This document shows positions 39,001-52,829 of a stretch of DNA of 64,000 bases, piece by piece. Location of the stretch: positions 8,496,001 to 8,560,000 of the forward strand of contig NC_087246.1 in assembly GCF_037042905.1 (NCBI RefSeq), written 5' to 3'. This stretch comes from Lytechinus pictus. Lineage: Eukaryota. Position 1 is the stretch's first letter, and each line of letters opens with the position of its first letter. The position numbers were made by a program, and so were the translations under genes. The notes under the pieces were generated by a model, which saw only the letters and a list, made by a program, of their open reading frames with translations, ran no database searches and was not told the DNA's origin.

Positions 39001-39861
39001 AGGAAATCTGGTGTATTGATGGTAAATCATGTTATAAAAGAAGGTAAATGGAAAAACCTCAATACGGTATTTGATGATTTTGAAAACAGAAAATTATTAT
39101 ACAATTTTGAACTACAAAAGTTGAAGAAAGCATTTCCCAACACCTGGCTGGAAAATAGACCAAATGCACAACAAAAGGAAATAACGATTATACCTAATCT
39201 TATTGAAATATCAAATGGTGATTTAATTGATGTAAATATCTTGAAAGCTAGGCATTATTATCATTATTATTTAGAACATAACAAAACAGAAGCATCTTTC
39301 TTTATGTTTTGGCAAAATTATTTGGGACTTCAGATAGAAATTAATTGGGACAAAGTCCTGTATTTTAAACTTAGACAAATAAAAGATAACAAGGTTAGAG
39401 AATTTAATTTTAAGCTCCTGCATAAAATACTTCCGTCCCAATCAAATTTATTTAAATGGAGTTTAAAAAATGATGATAAATGTAATCTTTGTTTACTTAA
39501 GGGAACAATTATGCATATGTTGATAAAATGTGAGAATATAAAACCTCTATGGGAAATGGTAGAAGACACAATTCTTTCTGTTTCTAAAGTACAGGTCTGT
39601 GTTAATGAAAATATAGTAATTTTAGGTTGGAATATACAAGAACCGAAATACTGGTTAATTAATATCATTTTGAATTTTACTCAATACACCATTTACAGAA
39701 ATTATATTGAAACGAGTATGAAAAAAGGTTATTACTTTGTTAATGTAAATAGATTATGGATGAATTTGAAAATGAAACTGAGATGGTATTTAAGTTCAAA
39801 ATATGTTACCAAAAATAAGAATACAAAAGAAATTGACAAATTGCTGGAACTCATTTATTGA
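36070..39861 (+). pseudogene. ORF2: APE endonuclease + reverse transcriptase + C-terminal CCHC, disrupted
   Basis: SLNVRG, FLQET, NVYAP, GGDWN, SRLDY, CDH; KAPGSDG, NWRPISLLN, DFQKAFD, GVRQGCPLS, YADD; CNLC..HMLIKC. In-frame stops at 36076 and 36592 plus about 4 frameshifts. Confidence 0.92.
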
Positions 39862-42800
39862 TTGATTAATTTGATTACTGTATATACTTTGTGATTTGTA
39901 AACTGTATTATAGAGATGTAAATAAAGTCCCTCGAAAGAGGTTTAAAGAGAAAAAAAAACAATGAAAATATTCAAGTCTTATTTGATTCCAGTGAAAGCT
40001 CCTATATTTTAATCACATTAGTTCTTCATTTAAAGACGTTACAAGAGAGCAGGAGAGAAGTGGATTTTAGAATATTCGCGATTGTTGTCTAAATTCGTTT
40101 GCTGACATGTACATGTATATTAGGTTCAGTGGCTGTACTATTCTTAAAAAAAATAATTCGACAATTATTGTCTAATGAGATGATCTTCGTAAAATATATT
40201 CATTCAATACGAAAACTATATATATAATGTATACACCTGATCCAATTCCTAAAGGTTCAGGGACAGCAATTTTCATTAAAACGTTTCGACAAAATATAAT
40301 ACATCCACATATTGGTCTACTGATATATATCTTTATTGTATTTTTGGCATACAATGATAGTGACTCTTTTCTGTAATAGTTAGCATAATTTCCTTAAACT
40401 AATCAATCTTCATTAATAAAATTGTGATTCTACTTCGTCTACGTGATTTGCTCGAGGCTAAACTCGATTAGCATGTTGTTACTTTGTGAGGGTCCAATTG
40501 CCTATTATTTCACAACGATAAGATATTCTTGTATATCGGTGAGACTTGGTAATAAATCCACTTCAATACAATTTTCTTTGTTGGTATGCTTGCCTTATTT
40601 GACATCCTTTCGATTTTGGAGATTGACATGTAGCTTGGAAACAAGGATGCCACGAATAGACTCAAACGCCTCTCTTTCTATTCAGATAGCAATTCATATC
40701 TCATATAGACATGATGGATGGCGGATAGCGAATGTCTTTCCGAACTCTAGGGAAAATGATAGGTCAAGCGACTAAAGGCGGTTTGTTTAGCCAATACCTT
40801 ATAGAAGGATTGGTTGTGAAAGCTCGATACATTGAGAATAATTTCCTTTATTCATTTAGTTCGCAAATGTCAGAAGGTAAGACCGACAAACCCAACAGTT
40901 TCACATCTTATTTAGATTTCGGCCTGCCTATGACTGAACAATAACCATCATAATTAACGTGGTGTCGCTGTGCAAGTATGCTTCATTATTGTTTGCTTTC
41001 AAATATGTCAATTTTCTTCAGACCCGACTGTTCATTTGCTAACTTTTGCTCAAAAACGGAAATTAGTTTTTAAATAGGTTAAGTTAATATTATCTTACTT
41101 TATTTCATGTTCATTGGGACCGCTAAAATCATTCGAAACTCACTTGGCTAATGGTAAAGTTGAGGCGATTGTCATGTTTTGCGCAGGGACTGAAAATCGT
41201 CTTGCCTGCCTGCTACCACTTTGTCACTGTAAAGCGAAGAAAACTAGACAGGGACAAGCGATCGAGCTATGGGGTAAATGGATGGAGTCATGGGCGTCAC
41301 GCCAGGAGGGGGGGGGGGGGGGGGGTCAGGTAAACCTATTCATGATTACAAAAAAAAATGTAAATGTTATATCTCAAAAAATGTCAAAGCTCGCATTAAT
41401 TAATAGTTGAAAATTTGTCATGTTTTAGGTCTAGATATCCAAAATTTTCAGACAGACTTTGGCGTTACCATTATTATTTTGTGAGATACCTACAGTTACC
41501 TCGTCATAAGCTTCCTACGTGTCAAACAGTGCGATAAGTAGCATGTTTATGATTACAGAAGGTGCTAAAACGTCCCGTTATTAGGCCCTGGTCTAAATAT
41601 CAACAATTGTCAGCTCGCATTTCGCGCGCGCGTCATACTTGACAAGTGAGACATGTATATTCGCCTCAGATTCGCCTGATGATTTCATACAAAGAGTCCC
41701 TATGATGTTCCTTTTTTCAGATTAGTGTAATAAAATTTCCCCTCGCTTTTAGAGAATGAGAGGTAGATGTGATGAAAGCCAGTCAGTCGGCAGGTCCTCA
41801 AAAAGTAGCTTCATTTATTCCAGTGATATTCATGACTAGAAAGGTTTTGCATATTTGATGTACTGGGTGCGGACCAAAACTCCTATTTTAATTCGGTCAT
41901 TGCTGCTCTAAATAAATACAAAATTTAATAATTTTGGTATCATTGTAAAGTGAATTGTGATTTTGTTTTAAAATTATGTGATGTCGGTGAAACTTTTGAT
42001 CTAAAACATGGTACAAAATAATTATTTTCACCTGAAAAAAAGTTCTTATATTTACACTTTATATCTGTTTGAGCCGAAATAATTTTTAAATCATGACAAA
42101 CCTGAAGATCTAAGCTTTAATATGATATAGGTTGTATAAGAAGAGGTGTTGTTAATGTGTCAGCATTCACCTATTAATAGGCCAAGTACATTTTGCAGCT
42201 TAAAAGCAAGTATATTGCACTCTGATTGGCCCGGTCAAAGAGACCACACGCCCGCCAAGGTTCCAACAGTTTACACTCCGGGGCCTATCCAAGGCAACAC
42301 TCACCATGTGGTAATCGTCTTGTATCTTATTGTTAATTGCTGGATCCTGACCCATTTCCAAGGTGCCACATATCAAGAGTGACATTGTGAGAAAGTACAG
42401 ATAATAAGCTTTACGATGATAAAGATATTATTTGGGCTCAAATTAAAAAGTTTTGCACAATTTGCAAGAGAAAGCAGAGGAAGAAAATTCCGTTTAAGAC
42501 ATCTTTTTAGGCCTAAAATTCACTTATTAAGTCAATTCATTCAAAATAAATGATCATTATAATAGAGTAACATTTACTCTTTCAACGATGCAATAATATT
42601 TGATTTCACTTGAAGATAAAGTGGTTAAATTCTTTGAGAAAGAAAGTCTCACAATAACGAGATTCTGCAGGGAGGTGAATTCAACCACGAGAGGGTTAGA
42701 ATAGATCTTGCTTATTCGCTCATTAGCATAGGGCTCTGCAGTCTGGCTGAGGCAGCTGACAGCCAGGTAGCTAGAATAGTACCTCTGTGACCAAGTTTGG

Positions 42801-43289
42801 AAATTGTTGTATTTAGTATGGTTCACTTTTGGCACATTGACTATTATTTGGTCTAATTTCAAATACAAATGATTGTGAAAACTTGAATGTTGTAAAAGGA
42901 ATATGTGAATAATCATCGAATCAATGCCTATGTCAGTGAATTTGAAAAGCACCTTGATGATTATTCTCAAATGACCTTTTCCTGCCCATGCGCAGGTACA
43001 ACTGTGAAATGGCATAAAGGAGTAGGATGAGTCGAAAGCCAAGAGAATTGCCAGTGATGTTATTGGGGATGTGTGTATGAGGAAGACGGGATGGGTGAGT
43101 TCGAAAATGTGGAGGTGTATATAATTAATCGGGAAACAAATAGGAGATGTGTTAGCAGGTGTGTCTGAAGGTATGTACTTGCGTGTGTGTGTGTGTGTGT
43201 GGGAGGTGCTCTAAAATAAATGCAGAAATTGAAAATGGTAAGAGATGAGTTGGTTGTTTGGTATTGGGGAGTATGCCCTAAAGAGTCTG

Positions 43290-43571
43290 CACTGTTAAAA
43301 AACCCTGATTTTACAGAAAAAAGGAGAAGATTTTGCAAAAAGCAATAACAGAATCATTCTGTAAATTAACGAAACAGGAATTTTTCTGCAATTTAACAGA
43401 ACAGGTCTGTTTAAATACGGGAAAAGGGTGTTTTGTCAAAGGAAATTTGTAAGGATCCATACACCGAATACCAATTACCTGTAAGATTACGCATTCTGGT
43501 AAGATTACAGGTGTTCTCGAGACTCTGCTGCAGGAATTTCTTTTATTTATAGGATACATTTTCTAACAGTG
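43290..43571. mobile_element. CACTG-type (EnSpm-like) MITE
   Basis: TIR CACTGTTAAAAAA / TTTTCTAACAGTG, 2-bp TSD TG. Confidence 0.8.
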
Positions 43572-43965
43572 TGTGATCAGTCCATGTGAGGGGAAGCCAA
43601 ATGGGAACATAAAGGGGTGGTTGTTGTGTGTGTGTGTGTCCTTACGTGTGTGTATGGGATATAGGGGGCAGGAAAGGTGGGAGGATAAGAAAAGAAGAAA
43701 CCTGGGGAAATTTGGAGATATGTGTGGGTTGGTGGGTAAGTCTTTTGGTGTGTGTGTGAATGTAGGAAATGGGAAATTGGAGAGAATGTGTTAAATTACA
43801 GTTTTTTTAAGACGAACATGAATTCATGATTATAGTCCTAATAATGATGACTTGTTATTTGAATTAAGGACGTTCGGGGAGTAAAAGTTTGTGTGTGTGT
43901 GTGTGTGTGTGAGGTAAGTGTGTATGTTGAGAGGTTAAGGTAAAGGAAATTATGGTGGGATTAAA

Positions 43966-44323
43966 GGTAAATTGCCAATTCCTCTATTGCCAACTCGTCC
44001 ACTCATCACATGGTCTACCTTCATTTAGTATAATGCCATTCCGTCCATCGACATTTGGTCTCACAACCATTTGGTCCAATAACCACTCGGTCCAATCATT
44101 ACTTCGTCTTATCACCAGTTCGTCCATTCCGTCTCATAACCAGTTGGTCTAATATCTATTTTATTTTCATTCATTTCGCCCAATTTACACTTGTCCAATT
44201 AGACAAAATGGCTATTGGACCAACTGGTTAGTAGACGAAATGGCAATTAGACCATGTGGATTAACTGATGGTGGACCAAATGATAGTAGACAAGTTGGTA
44301 ATTGGACGAATTGGCATAATACC
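43966..44323. mobile_element. MITE with short internal GTC(C/T)A repeats
   Basis: Imperfect TIR GGTAAATTGCCAATT / AATTGGCATAATACC. Internal repeats switch orientation in the middle. Confidence 0.6.
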
Positions 44324-46521
44324 AATTGAAAATAAACCGGATGAACAAGTGGGCGCGAGATAAACTATGTTTAAAATTACAATTTATGAGCCATGACCAT
44401 GATTTAATTGCCACGTGCAAGATACTAGATACACTCTCCTCATTTGAGGAGAATCAATACATTGCCGTTTTATCTAATAAAGGCGTTTTACCAAACTCAG
44501 ATTGATTTCACATGCAATTAACATTATATATCGTGTCACCATTGACGTAATGTCATGGTACAATCTTTTCATCATCTGTCCTCCTTTTCTATTTGAATCA
44601 TTATGATCAGTCAGGCGTCCTCATAAAAAATCAAGTTAGAATCATATTAAGACATGAGCCAAGGAGGCACAGTTGCAACCAATAATATATTATATTAAAA
44701 ACACCCCTTGCATTTTGTGTCTGTTAGTATTAACGGGGGGGGGGGGGGAGGCAAAGTTACGTGTTCTATTAGCTGGATAGATTCACAGAAAATATTTTAG
44801 AAGTTTGCGTCAAGGCATACATTTTTTTCCTTGCTCCATTCCTGCGACAGTATTTCAGTTATAACAACTTGATACATTTTGGCATGGTGTGATCAAATAT
44901 AGAAGAAAATTGTGGTGTGTGAGTTTGAGGGTGTGCGTGTGTGTATTGTGTTCGTTCGGGGAGATCCATGCGTTTGATTGTATACTTAGCCATGCCTACC
45001 TAATAAAGGGTATACAAATTCCAAAAATTCATTTGATCAACTTTGAACAATTTTAGAATATTTTAATGTCTGCTAAAGTGGATGAAAATAACTTCAATAA
45101 GAAAAAGTTTTTCCCAAGGAAAAAAAAGGAATACATAATAATACAATACCTGCATTGTATTGTAATTCATTTTAGGGGAGGTTGAGATGTAACTGAAATG
45201 ACGAATTCATGAAAAACAATAGACAAGTGTAAGTGTGGAAAGTTGCAGTAGTTGCCATCTTTTTTGTTCTTCTTCTTCCTTCATTCCTTCTATTTTTGTA
45301 AGTTTTCATCTCTTTAATTCACTTCAAAATAATTCAAAATCATCATGATCACAGCGGGACCGCGGTTACCCCCGTCTCATAGATCTGAAACACTGACAAT
45401 AGATTATCATCGAGTTGAAAAAAAACGCATCGCCTTTTTCGAATTTAATTTCAATGATATATTTATTCTACCTTTTTCATTTATCATCCGTACGTTATAA
45501 GTGTTCCTAAGGGAGTTGACCAAATTCATATTTCAAGTAGTTTAAGCTTAACTAAAGTAATCTCGGGTGTTTATTAGTTTATTCGTTACTCTAGGGACAG
45601 ATAATTGAAACACCATCTTGTGTCTCCACAAAATATGTATTTATGATTAATCCCTTTATAATTGAATATGTATCAGATAGATGGTTTTCCATTAAGAAAA
45701 TACTTTGTAAAGATTATTGATGTTGTGAAATTCCTTGGCTGATGAGATAGATCATTGTTGAAATCCAATCCGGCTTGCAATATCAAGTCATTCATAAAGA
45801 TACATTAGGTATTTATGTGCGAGCAGACTTTGTTTATCATGTTTATGTAATGGCCTTCCTATGTTTTTTAATGCAACATCAGATCAAAGAAATGACACAT
45901 TCCTTAGTTATCGTTATTTCTTAGTAGTATGTAACATTAATGCACTTGTAATATTAAATACAAACTTAATTGCCTTCTGGGCATGCGTTGAGAGATAATT
46001 ACAAAATATGAAGTACTAGTATGCGAATGACCTCATGGACTCTCATGCAATAATGTATATTCAAAATAGCACGAATAATTCATACATTTAATATCCAAAT
46101 TTTTTTTTTCAAGAAGTTACTGTACGAGTAGACAATAATGACAATTATGTCTTCCATATAAATCCTCTCAAACTTTGACGACGAAAAATAGAAAACCCAG
46201 TCGCGATTCACCTTGGGTGAACAAGCGAATTCATCAATCCAAAGAAGCTTCACTAACTTCCCAAATGATAGTTTCATGTCGTAATCATCATGATACAAAA
46301 TGCTTTTCCCATCCTATGTATCTAAATCTAATTATTCTTTTTATAGAACAGTGCATTAATCTTTGTTAGTAAATGGAAATAGATGTTGGTCATCTGCAAA
46401 TATAATCCTAACAATTCTTCTTTCTATCTCAGAAATGACATTGTTATGTGTATTTATTTTAAATTACAAACGTACATGTTCTTTATATTTTGGCAATATC
46501 CAAAAAGTAGATGCTACACAT

Positions 46522-47724
46522 TCATCTTTTTTCTTTAATTTGTCGTTTAAAAGCCGATTTCAGATCACGTCGGAATCCTTTGTTCGACACTGCATAGATG
46601 ATCGGATTCAGAGCCATTCCTATAAAAGCAAGTTCAATGGTTGTTGATTCAACAATGAAAGACATCCTTTCCTTTGTCACGATTTTAATCAACATGCAAA
46701 TTATGTAGGGGTACCAGAAAATAACATAAGTGCTGACTACTATGATCATAGTTCTTATGACTGCTATGTCCGCCCTGTTCACCCGTTTCATCGGTTTCTT
46801 TACTATCCCATTCGATCGGCCTAGGAACCTTGGTTGCAGTTTCGGTCTGACTGCATCTTGCTTCGGACGGGGCGGAGGGGTATCGATGACACTTACAGCT
46901 AGAGTGTTGACAGCTCTATCAGTGCGGCTTGCCCATTTTACTGGCTCAAGGTGTATCCCGACTTGCTCTGAGTTAGTCTCTAAAGATTCTAGACCCCCAC
47001 TCGTATGAGGAGTGGCGTCTTTTATTTCTTTTCTCTGATGAACGTCGAGCCGACGTCGACTTTGAACTACAACACGAACAATGCTTCCATAGCAATAGAA
47101 AACAACACAAAGCGGGATACACATGAAACCAATAACTAAAAACAATGTATATGAGACGCTGTCTATCCAGTCGTTGGTGCATATGGGTTTCACCTGAACC
47201 CAGTGATACCAACCCCAACCAACAAGAGGGGGTAATGCAGATAGCAAACTAAGGATCCACGTAATGAGGATGATGATCAAAGGTCTTTTAAATCGCAAAC
47301 GATGGAGTGTGGTGTGTTTTACCTTCATGTATCGATCAATACCAATGGCCATCAAAGTCAGATTCGTACTATACATGATGGTCATCTTGATAAAAGCCAT
47401 GGCTATACATGTGGCCTCACCCCATACCGGCACGCGCAAGAACATAGTCATGGTCCCGTATGGCATGACGACAAGCCCAAGGATTGTCTCACCGACGCAG
47501 AGGTTGATCGTCAACTGGTTGGACGCCGAACGCAGGGGTCTCAATGTGACGAGAGCTACGATGACGAAAATATTTCCGACGGCCATAGCTACGGTGAGCA
47601 GGCTCATGATGACGGTAAAGAAAATCAAGACTCTTTGGCTGTAGTCAATGACGTCCGCTTCCGTTGGGATAAATGTCGAATCGTTAATTAAAAAGTCAAT
47701 TGATGGGGTAGATACGTTCATCAT
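46522..47724 (-). CDS. Intronless rhodopsin-like (class A) GPCR, orphan, 400 aa
   Basis: Seven hydrophobic segments, N-glycosylation sites NVS/NDS, GN in TM1, TM3 Cys, DRY, W..S...LPPLVGW, FWYPY in TM6, NPIIY, helix 8 FRRDLK. Intact ORF. Confidence 0.93.
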   Translation of the reverse strand: MMNVSTPSIDFLINDSTFIPTEADVIDYSQRVLIFFTVIMSLLTVAMAVGNIFVIVALVTLRPLRSASNQLTINLCVGETILGLVVMPYGTMTMFLRVPVWGEATCIAMAFIKMTIMYSTNLTLMAIGIDRYMKVKHTTLHRLRFKRPLIIILITWILSLLSALPPLVGWGWYHWVQVKPICTNDWIDSVSYTLFLVIGFMCIPLCVVFYCYGSIVRVVVQSRRRLDVHQRKEIKDATPHTSGGLESLETNSEQVGIHLEPVKWASRTDRAVNTLAVSVIDTPPPRPKQDAVRPKLQPRFLGRSNGIVKKPMKRVNRADIAVIRTMIIVVSTYVIFWYPYIICMLIKIVTKERMSFIVESTTIELAFIGMALNPIIYAVSNKGFRRDLKSAFKRQIKEKR

Positions 47725-48134
47725 TTAAGATCCAACACAACTATTAATTGCCCAATCTTTCAGTCAGTTATGAAATGAAGTTCAAATGCATAATCCAAAA
47801 CAATTGTGTGTTTTCTTCCCCTAAAAGTTGACTTCCACTTTTAAGCAATAAGCATCCATTTCCCAGTTTAGTTGAAGAGTTCGGATGTAACAGAAGAAAA
47901 ATTGAATTGCCTTTTCATCTTCATACTGTTCTGGAGATAGAACTAGGAGTTCAGAATAAAAAAAAGGGAAATGTCCTGTAAAGTCCGTTACCTTGTGTTC
48001 ACCAATGCCATAAAATATTTGTCAAGCGTCCATACATCGGTAATGGATGATAGCTAGTGTGCGTCCTCCCGCGCGGGTTTTACGTTCGATAATTTTAACA
48101 TGCCACGAGAGGCGCCTTCGTTGGTCTCCTATAT

Positions 48135-48142
48135 TGACGTCA
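48135..48142. promoter_or_regulatory. Palindromic CRE site upstream of the GPCR
   Basis: TGACGTCA about 410 bp upstream of the ATG, next to a CpG-rich patch. Could occur by chance. Confidence 0.3.
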
Positions 48143-48824
48143 CAAATCTTCTTTCGAACATCGCCCTATTATTTTCTTCATTTACGCTGTAATTCCTGAC
48201 ATTTTTTCCATGCAAGCCTGATGTTAATAGTGACCAAGAGTGGCTTGGTCATTTTCAGCGGGATTACCAATGTATTTGCTCAAATCAGACAAAATGCACT
48301 CAGTAATCTTGCCTTGAAGGATCTTAGCAACACGTATAAGATTGATTTGCCTGGTTAATGATCAACGATTGTTTTGGTACTTGGTTATGTCATTTTTTCT
48401 TCCGATGATTATTCAACATCTAAGAACATATTAACTTCATTTCTTCCTACTAAGCCGAATCCATAAATGCGTCAAAATTGTATTTGATTCTTCAAATCGC
48501 TTTTATCGATTCCGGGGGCAATATAGAAATCTGAAGTATTTGGTCATGCAGTGTTTATTGGACTTTGTTTCTATTTTCCTCACAATACTTTTAGCGCCAT
48601 ATTCTTAGATGTTCTGATTACTATTTCTTTTACATTTACTTAGAGTTTTAATGATAACAGTTGACAATCATTTAAAGCGTTTCATCTGTTAAAGAAATTT
48701 CGATGACGTACATTCACGTAAACCTGACCGCAAAAACTTAAAATCTTCTTTTCAAAGCAAGGAAACATGATAATATAAAAAACAAAACATAATAGATGGA
48801 CCTCCACGATCTCCACGGAATGAT

Positions 48825-49787
48825 TCAAATTAAAAATCAAATTAAAATTTAACTCGGTTTTATTAAAATACACTCATCGAAGACTTACAATGTGAGTTGA
48901 CAAAGTTAATAAGCATAAAATATAACAGATAAAATAAATACAAAATAGGTTCCAAAATGCAATAACTTTGTAACAAAGTGAATAAAAACTGTTGGTGTGT
49001 AAAATGAAACAGACTGAAATTAGAATAACCGAGGACGTAAAAAATAAACTGGCATATATATTGAAAAGTCAATATAGATAATGCCTACTTATTTTTTAAA
49101 GCATGCACATGTACATACAATAGTAAATAACATATGCTTATAAGAGAGTGGGGGGGGGGGGGATAGTCAGTAAAACAGGCAAGGTGAGGAGCAAGGAAGA
49201 GGAGCAAGCAGGGCAAGAAAAGTATGAGAAAAGAGAGGGAGACGGAACAAGGATAAAATAAAGAAAGAAATGAAAGGAAAGGGGAAAATAATTAGGTCGA
49301 TATGAAAGTACATGTTGTAATTAAAAGTTCAAGAATAAACAACTATCCAAAATATACAACTGCAGTAAAGGAAAAAGAAGTGGGAGAGAGAAAATGATAG
49401 AGAAAGGGAGGGAGAGAGAAGAGAGAAAATACATCACAACCAGATGAGGGAATATTGCACAACAGGTACAAAATATGATCTACATGTATAATCCAATCAT
49501 ATACGCTGTAAGTATACCGTACCTGTGAGAGATAGCCGTTTAAAAATTACATTTTAATTACTTTGAGTAATCATTAAAAATCATTAAAAATCATCGCCAG
49601 TATGAGCAAACTGACAAGCACATAAAAATGGGGCTATATGCAATAATATGAAGATTTGCGTATATACATTTGAAGCAGTCTAAGGATAAATATAGCAGAT
49701 ATGAATGTGATGCAATCAGGAAAAGAAATGTTATCAAAAGGGGAAGAAAGCAGGAGAGGTCAAAGAGACAAAGAAAGAAAGAAAGAA

Positions 49788-49820
<33 letters not shown>

Positions 49821-50375
49821 AAGAAAGAGGAACGAAGCGAGAGAGAGGGGGGGGGGGGGGAGAGAGAGAGAAAGAAAGCAACATCACATTAAATTAAGCA
49901 GGTAAGGAATATTGCACATCAGGTACATAAAATGAAAATATCTAAAGATGCATACAGAGATAGTGTGAAAGTATGCATCAATGTACATGCAGTAAGCTAG
50001 CAGGAATAACAAATAATTACACTGACTGTTTAAAATTCGAATGAAATAAGGGATGGGGGAGTTTCGATATCTATCAGTTCTCATCCTGGGAAGGGATAGT
50101 ACAGATGCATTTCTCAGAGTACGACCAGTCACTACCTCTACTTGCGGGAAGCACCTTAGATTTGAGAAGAGACCGAGCAAATTTAAAGGAAAGGGTAGAG
50201 CGTCTCTCTTCAAGCGAGGAGATACTGAATTCAGAAAGCAATTGGTCATAAGGTTTAATATTCAGGTATGAAATAATCTTCAAAGCTCTTCTCTGAACAC
50301 GCTCAATGCAGGTATATAGTGTTCACATGTGATGCCAGATGTCCAAACAGGAGCTGCAAATTCAAGCATCGGTCG
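48825..50375 (-). mobile_element. 3' portion of CR1/L2-group LINE(s)
   Basis: Minus-strand RPMLEFAAPVW, RVQRRALKII, SSLEERR, RTDRYRNSPIPY (50030-50375). AATAAA plus an (ATTTG/A)-like tail near 48825-48865. Continuity across the purine-rich middle is uncertain. Confidence 0.6.
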
Positions 50376-51115
50376 ATCATTCGCACCAAAAAGTGACATC
50401 AAAAGTATCTAAATTTCAAAATTTAGAAAAAAGACGTCGACTTTTATAATGGGTAAGGAATTTCCCTGTCTAAAGTGTTTAAATTTAGTAAATCACGATC
50501 AAAATTCTTCAGATGTCTAACGTGTTTGTCTGTTCAGTGGCGTACCGTGGGTCACGACATTGAAGGACACGAAAAAAAATAATTGCATACCTTTCCTGAA
50601 AAGGCAATATCTCTAAATAACAAGAAAGTGTAAGTATATCCAATGGTTCCAAAAACAATCACATATCTTTATATAGAATATTTTGTTACCCCATAACAAC
50701 TGCTGATATCTTCAATTGTATTATCAAAACTAAAGTTTGATTTTACACATTTTCCCAGCTGTTAAAACAATACATTGACCATAAAATTATGGGAGCATTA
50801 TCATTTCAAGGATTTTACATTATCTTTCAAACCACATTTTTAGAACTCGTGAATTCGATATAACGTTTAGGGAGGAATTTTCATCGAACAATATGATCCT
50901 TGTTTTTAAATAGAACTCGTCCAGTTTTTATGATATAAAGTCTAACCTTTTAAAACAAAATCAGGCATATCTGTCCCACCCTGTTCAGCTTTACCAAATA
51001 CCAATCATTGTTTTTTTTTTAATTTTATCTCGCCCTTTCTACATAAAGTTAGATATGATTTTTCTACTGTTTTTATTAGTATTATGCATGTGAATATATT
51101 TATTATGTAGCTTAA

Positions 51116-51691
51116 AGGACAAGTCTACCCCAACAAAAAGTTGATGTTGATTTGAATAATCAAGCATAACAATGAAAATTTCATCAAAATCTGATGTAAA
51201 ATAAAGTTATGACATTTTTAAGTTTCGCTTAATTTCACAAAACAGTTATATGCACATCCTGGCTGGTATGCAAATGAGAAGAATATGACATCCACTCAAT
51301 ATTTCTTTTGTATTTTATTATATGAAATATGAAATATTGTAATTTTATACTGATTGTAAAGTGATACAACGATTAATTCCTCCCTGAACATGTGGAATTA
51401 GCATTGTTTAATACTATATGGTTCGGTCAAGTTGGTCCTTATTGTCAAATCTATAAAAAATTGAATATTGTATAATTCAAACAATAAAAAACAAAAGAAA
51501 TAGTGAGTGATAGACATCATCGACTGACTCACCTAGTTGTGCATATCACTGTTTTGTGAAAAATAAGCGAAACTTTAAAATGTCATAACTTTCTTATTTT
51601 ACATCCGATTTTAATGAAATTTTCAGAACTCTGCTAGTTTGATTTTTCTCTATTTATTCAAGTCAGCATTTTCCTGGCGCGGACTTGACCT
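51116..51691. mobile_element. TTAA-TSD MITE (Kolobok-like)
   Basis: AGGACAAGTC...GACTTGACCT termini with TTAA on both sides. Homologous to 62214-62815. Confidence 0.88.
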
Positions 51692-52829
51692 TTAAATTTG
51701 AAAGAATTAAAAAATTTGAATTTTGGTAACATTTTCGCAAAAAAGAGATATATCGGCATTTCCATAATACTTAGTTTTCAAAATATTTTCTACCTTTTCA
51801 TTCCAAGATTTTTCGTAAGCTTCAAACATATTTTTTACTCAAAATAACCCCTAGCGTTTGTATAGATACACCTTTCCAACTAATATTTTGACAAAGATTA
51901 CTATTGAATTTTCCAAAATTCAAACCTGAGCGAGCGACAGCCTAATCCCTGTAAATTTCCATTTGTCATGAACGTTGTCGCAAGTGATGAGCGCCTATCA
52001 GCCGATAATTATTATTCTTCGAGCAATATAAGTTGAGACCAGAAGTTTACAAACACCCAGGAAATTCCAAGAAAAGTTGACACTTGCCAAACATCATAAA
52101 ATTTACTGTATCTTATAAATCATTTATGTTATCATGACGAATTTGATGCCAAACAAATAAGTATGTCATGCCCTTTCATCACATTGCTTTTTCATCAGGA
52201 GCTGAAAATAGAAAATGTAACATAAATCATAGATTTGACATTTAATGAACATATTTCTATGAAACGATGTTTGAAAATATAATAACAAACAACAGAATAC
52301 ATTTGACACAAATATTACTTTTTTATTCATAGAAAGTTCCAACTGAAATATACTTTAATCCCAGCGGCATCCCAATCATGAGAAAGAGCTTAATACGCTC
52401 TTTAATTATTTTGATACCACATGAGCCATGGTAGTATTTATATTTCTGAAGATAAAGTAAATTTTACGATGTTTGGCAAGCGAACAAATTTCACTGATTT
52501 CCATGGGTGTATGTAAACTTTTGGCCTCAAAAGGATTGTGTGGATTGCAAGTAATGCTATTGGGTCAAAATATTTCTTTATAACTCGGGAGCACTGTCTG
52601 ATAAATGATTTGGGCATACGTGTTTGGGGCATGATCGTTGAATGACGCAAGGATACCCTACCATCTTAACACTAACTTGTTAAGTGTAAGTGCGTCGTCA
52701 TTTTCATTTTTCTGTTATTAAATTTACAATTTTTAAACCATAAAAATCCCCGTAACTGTAGTGTTTTATCTAGTGGCATATCGAGGAGGGGCAAAAACTA
52801 GTTTTTCTACCAAAATTAAATGGGGGCAG

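Larger units (their letters stand above)
34703..39957 (+). mobile_element. Full-length L1/Tx1-clade non-LTR retrotransposon
   Basis: 14-bp TSD AACAATGAAAATAT (34689-34702, 39958-39971), 5' UTR, ORF1, ORF2, AATAAA and an A-rich tail. Confidence 0.93.

Noticed and set aside
42557..43042. 161-aa minus-strand ORF
   Set aside because: No recognisable motif or splice support.
46522..47724. Opsin call
   Set aside because: No lysine at the K296-equivalent position in TM7.
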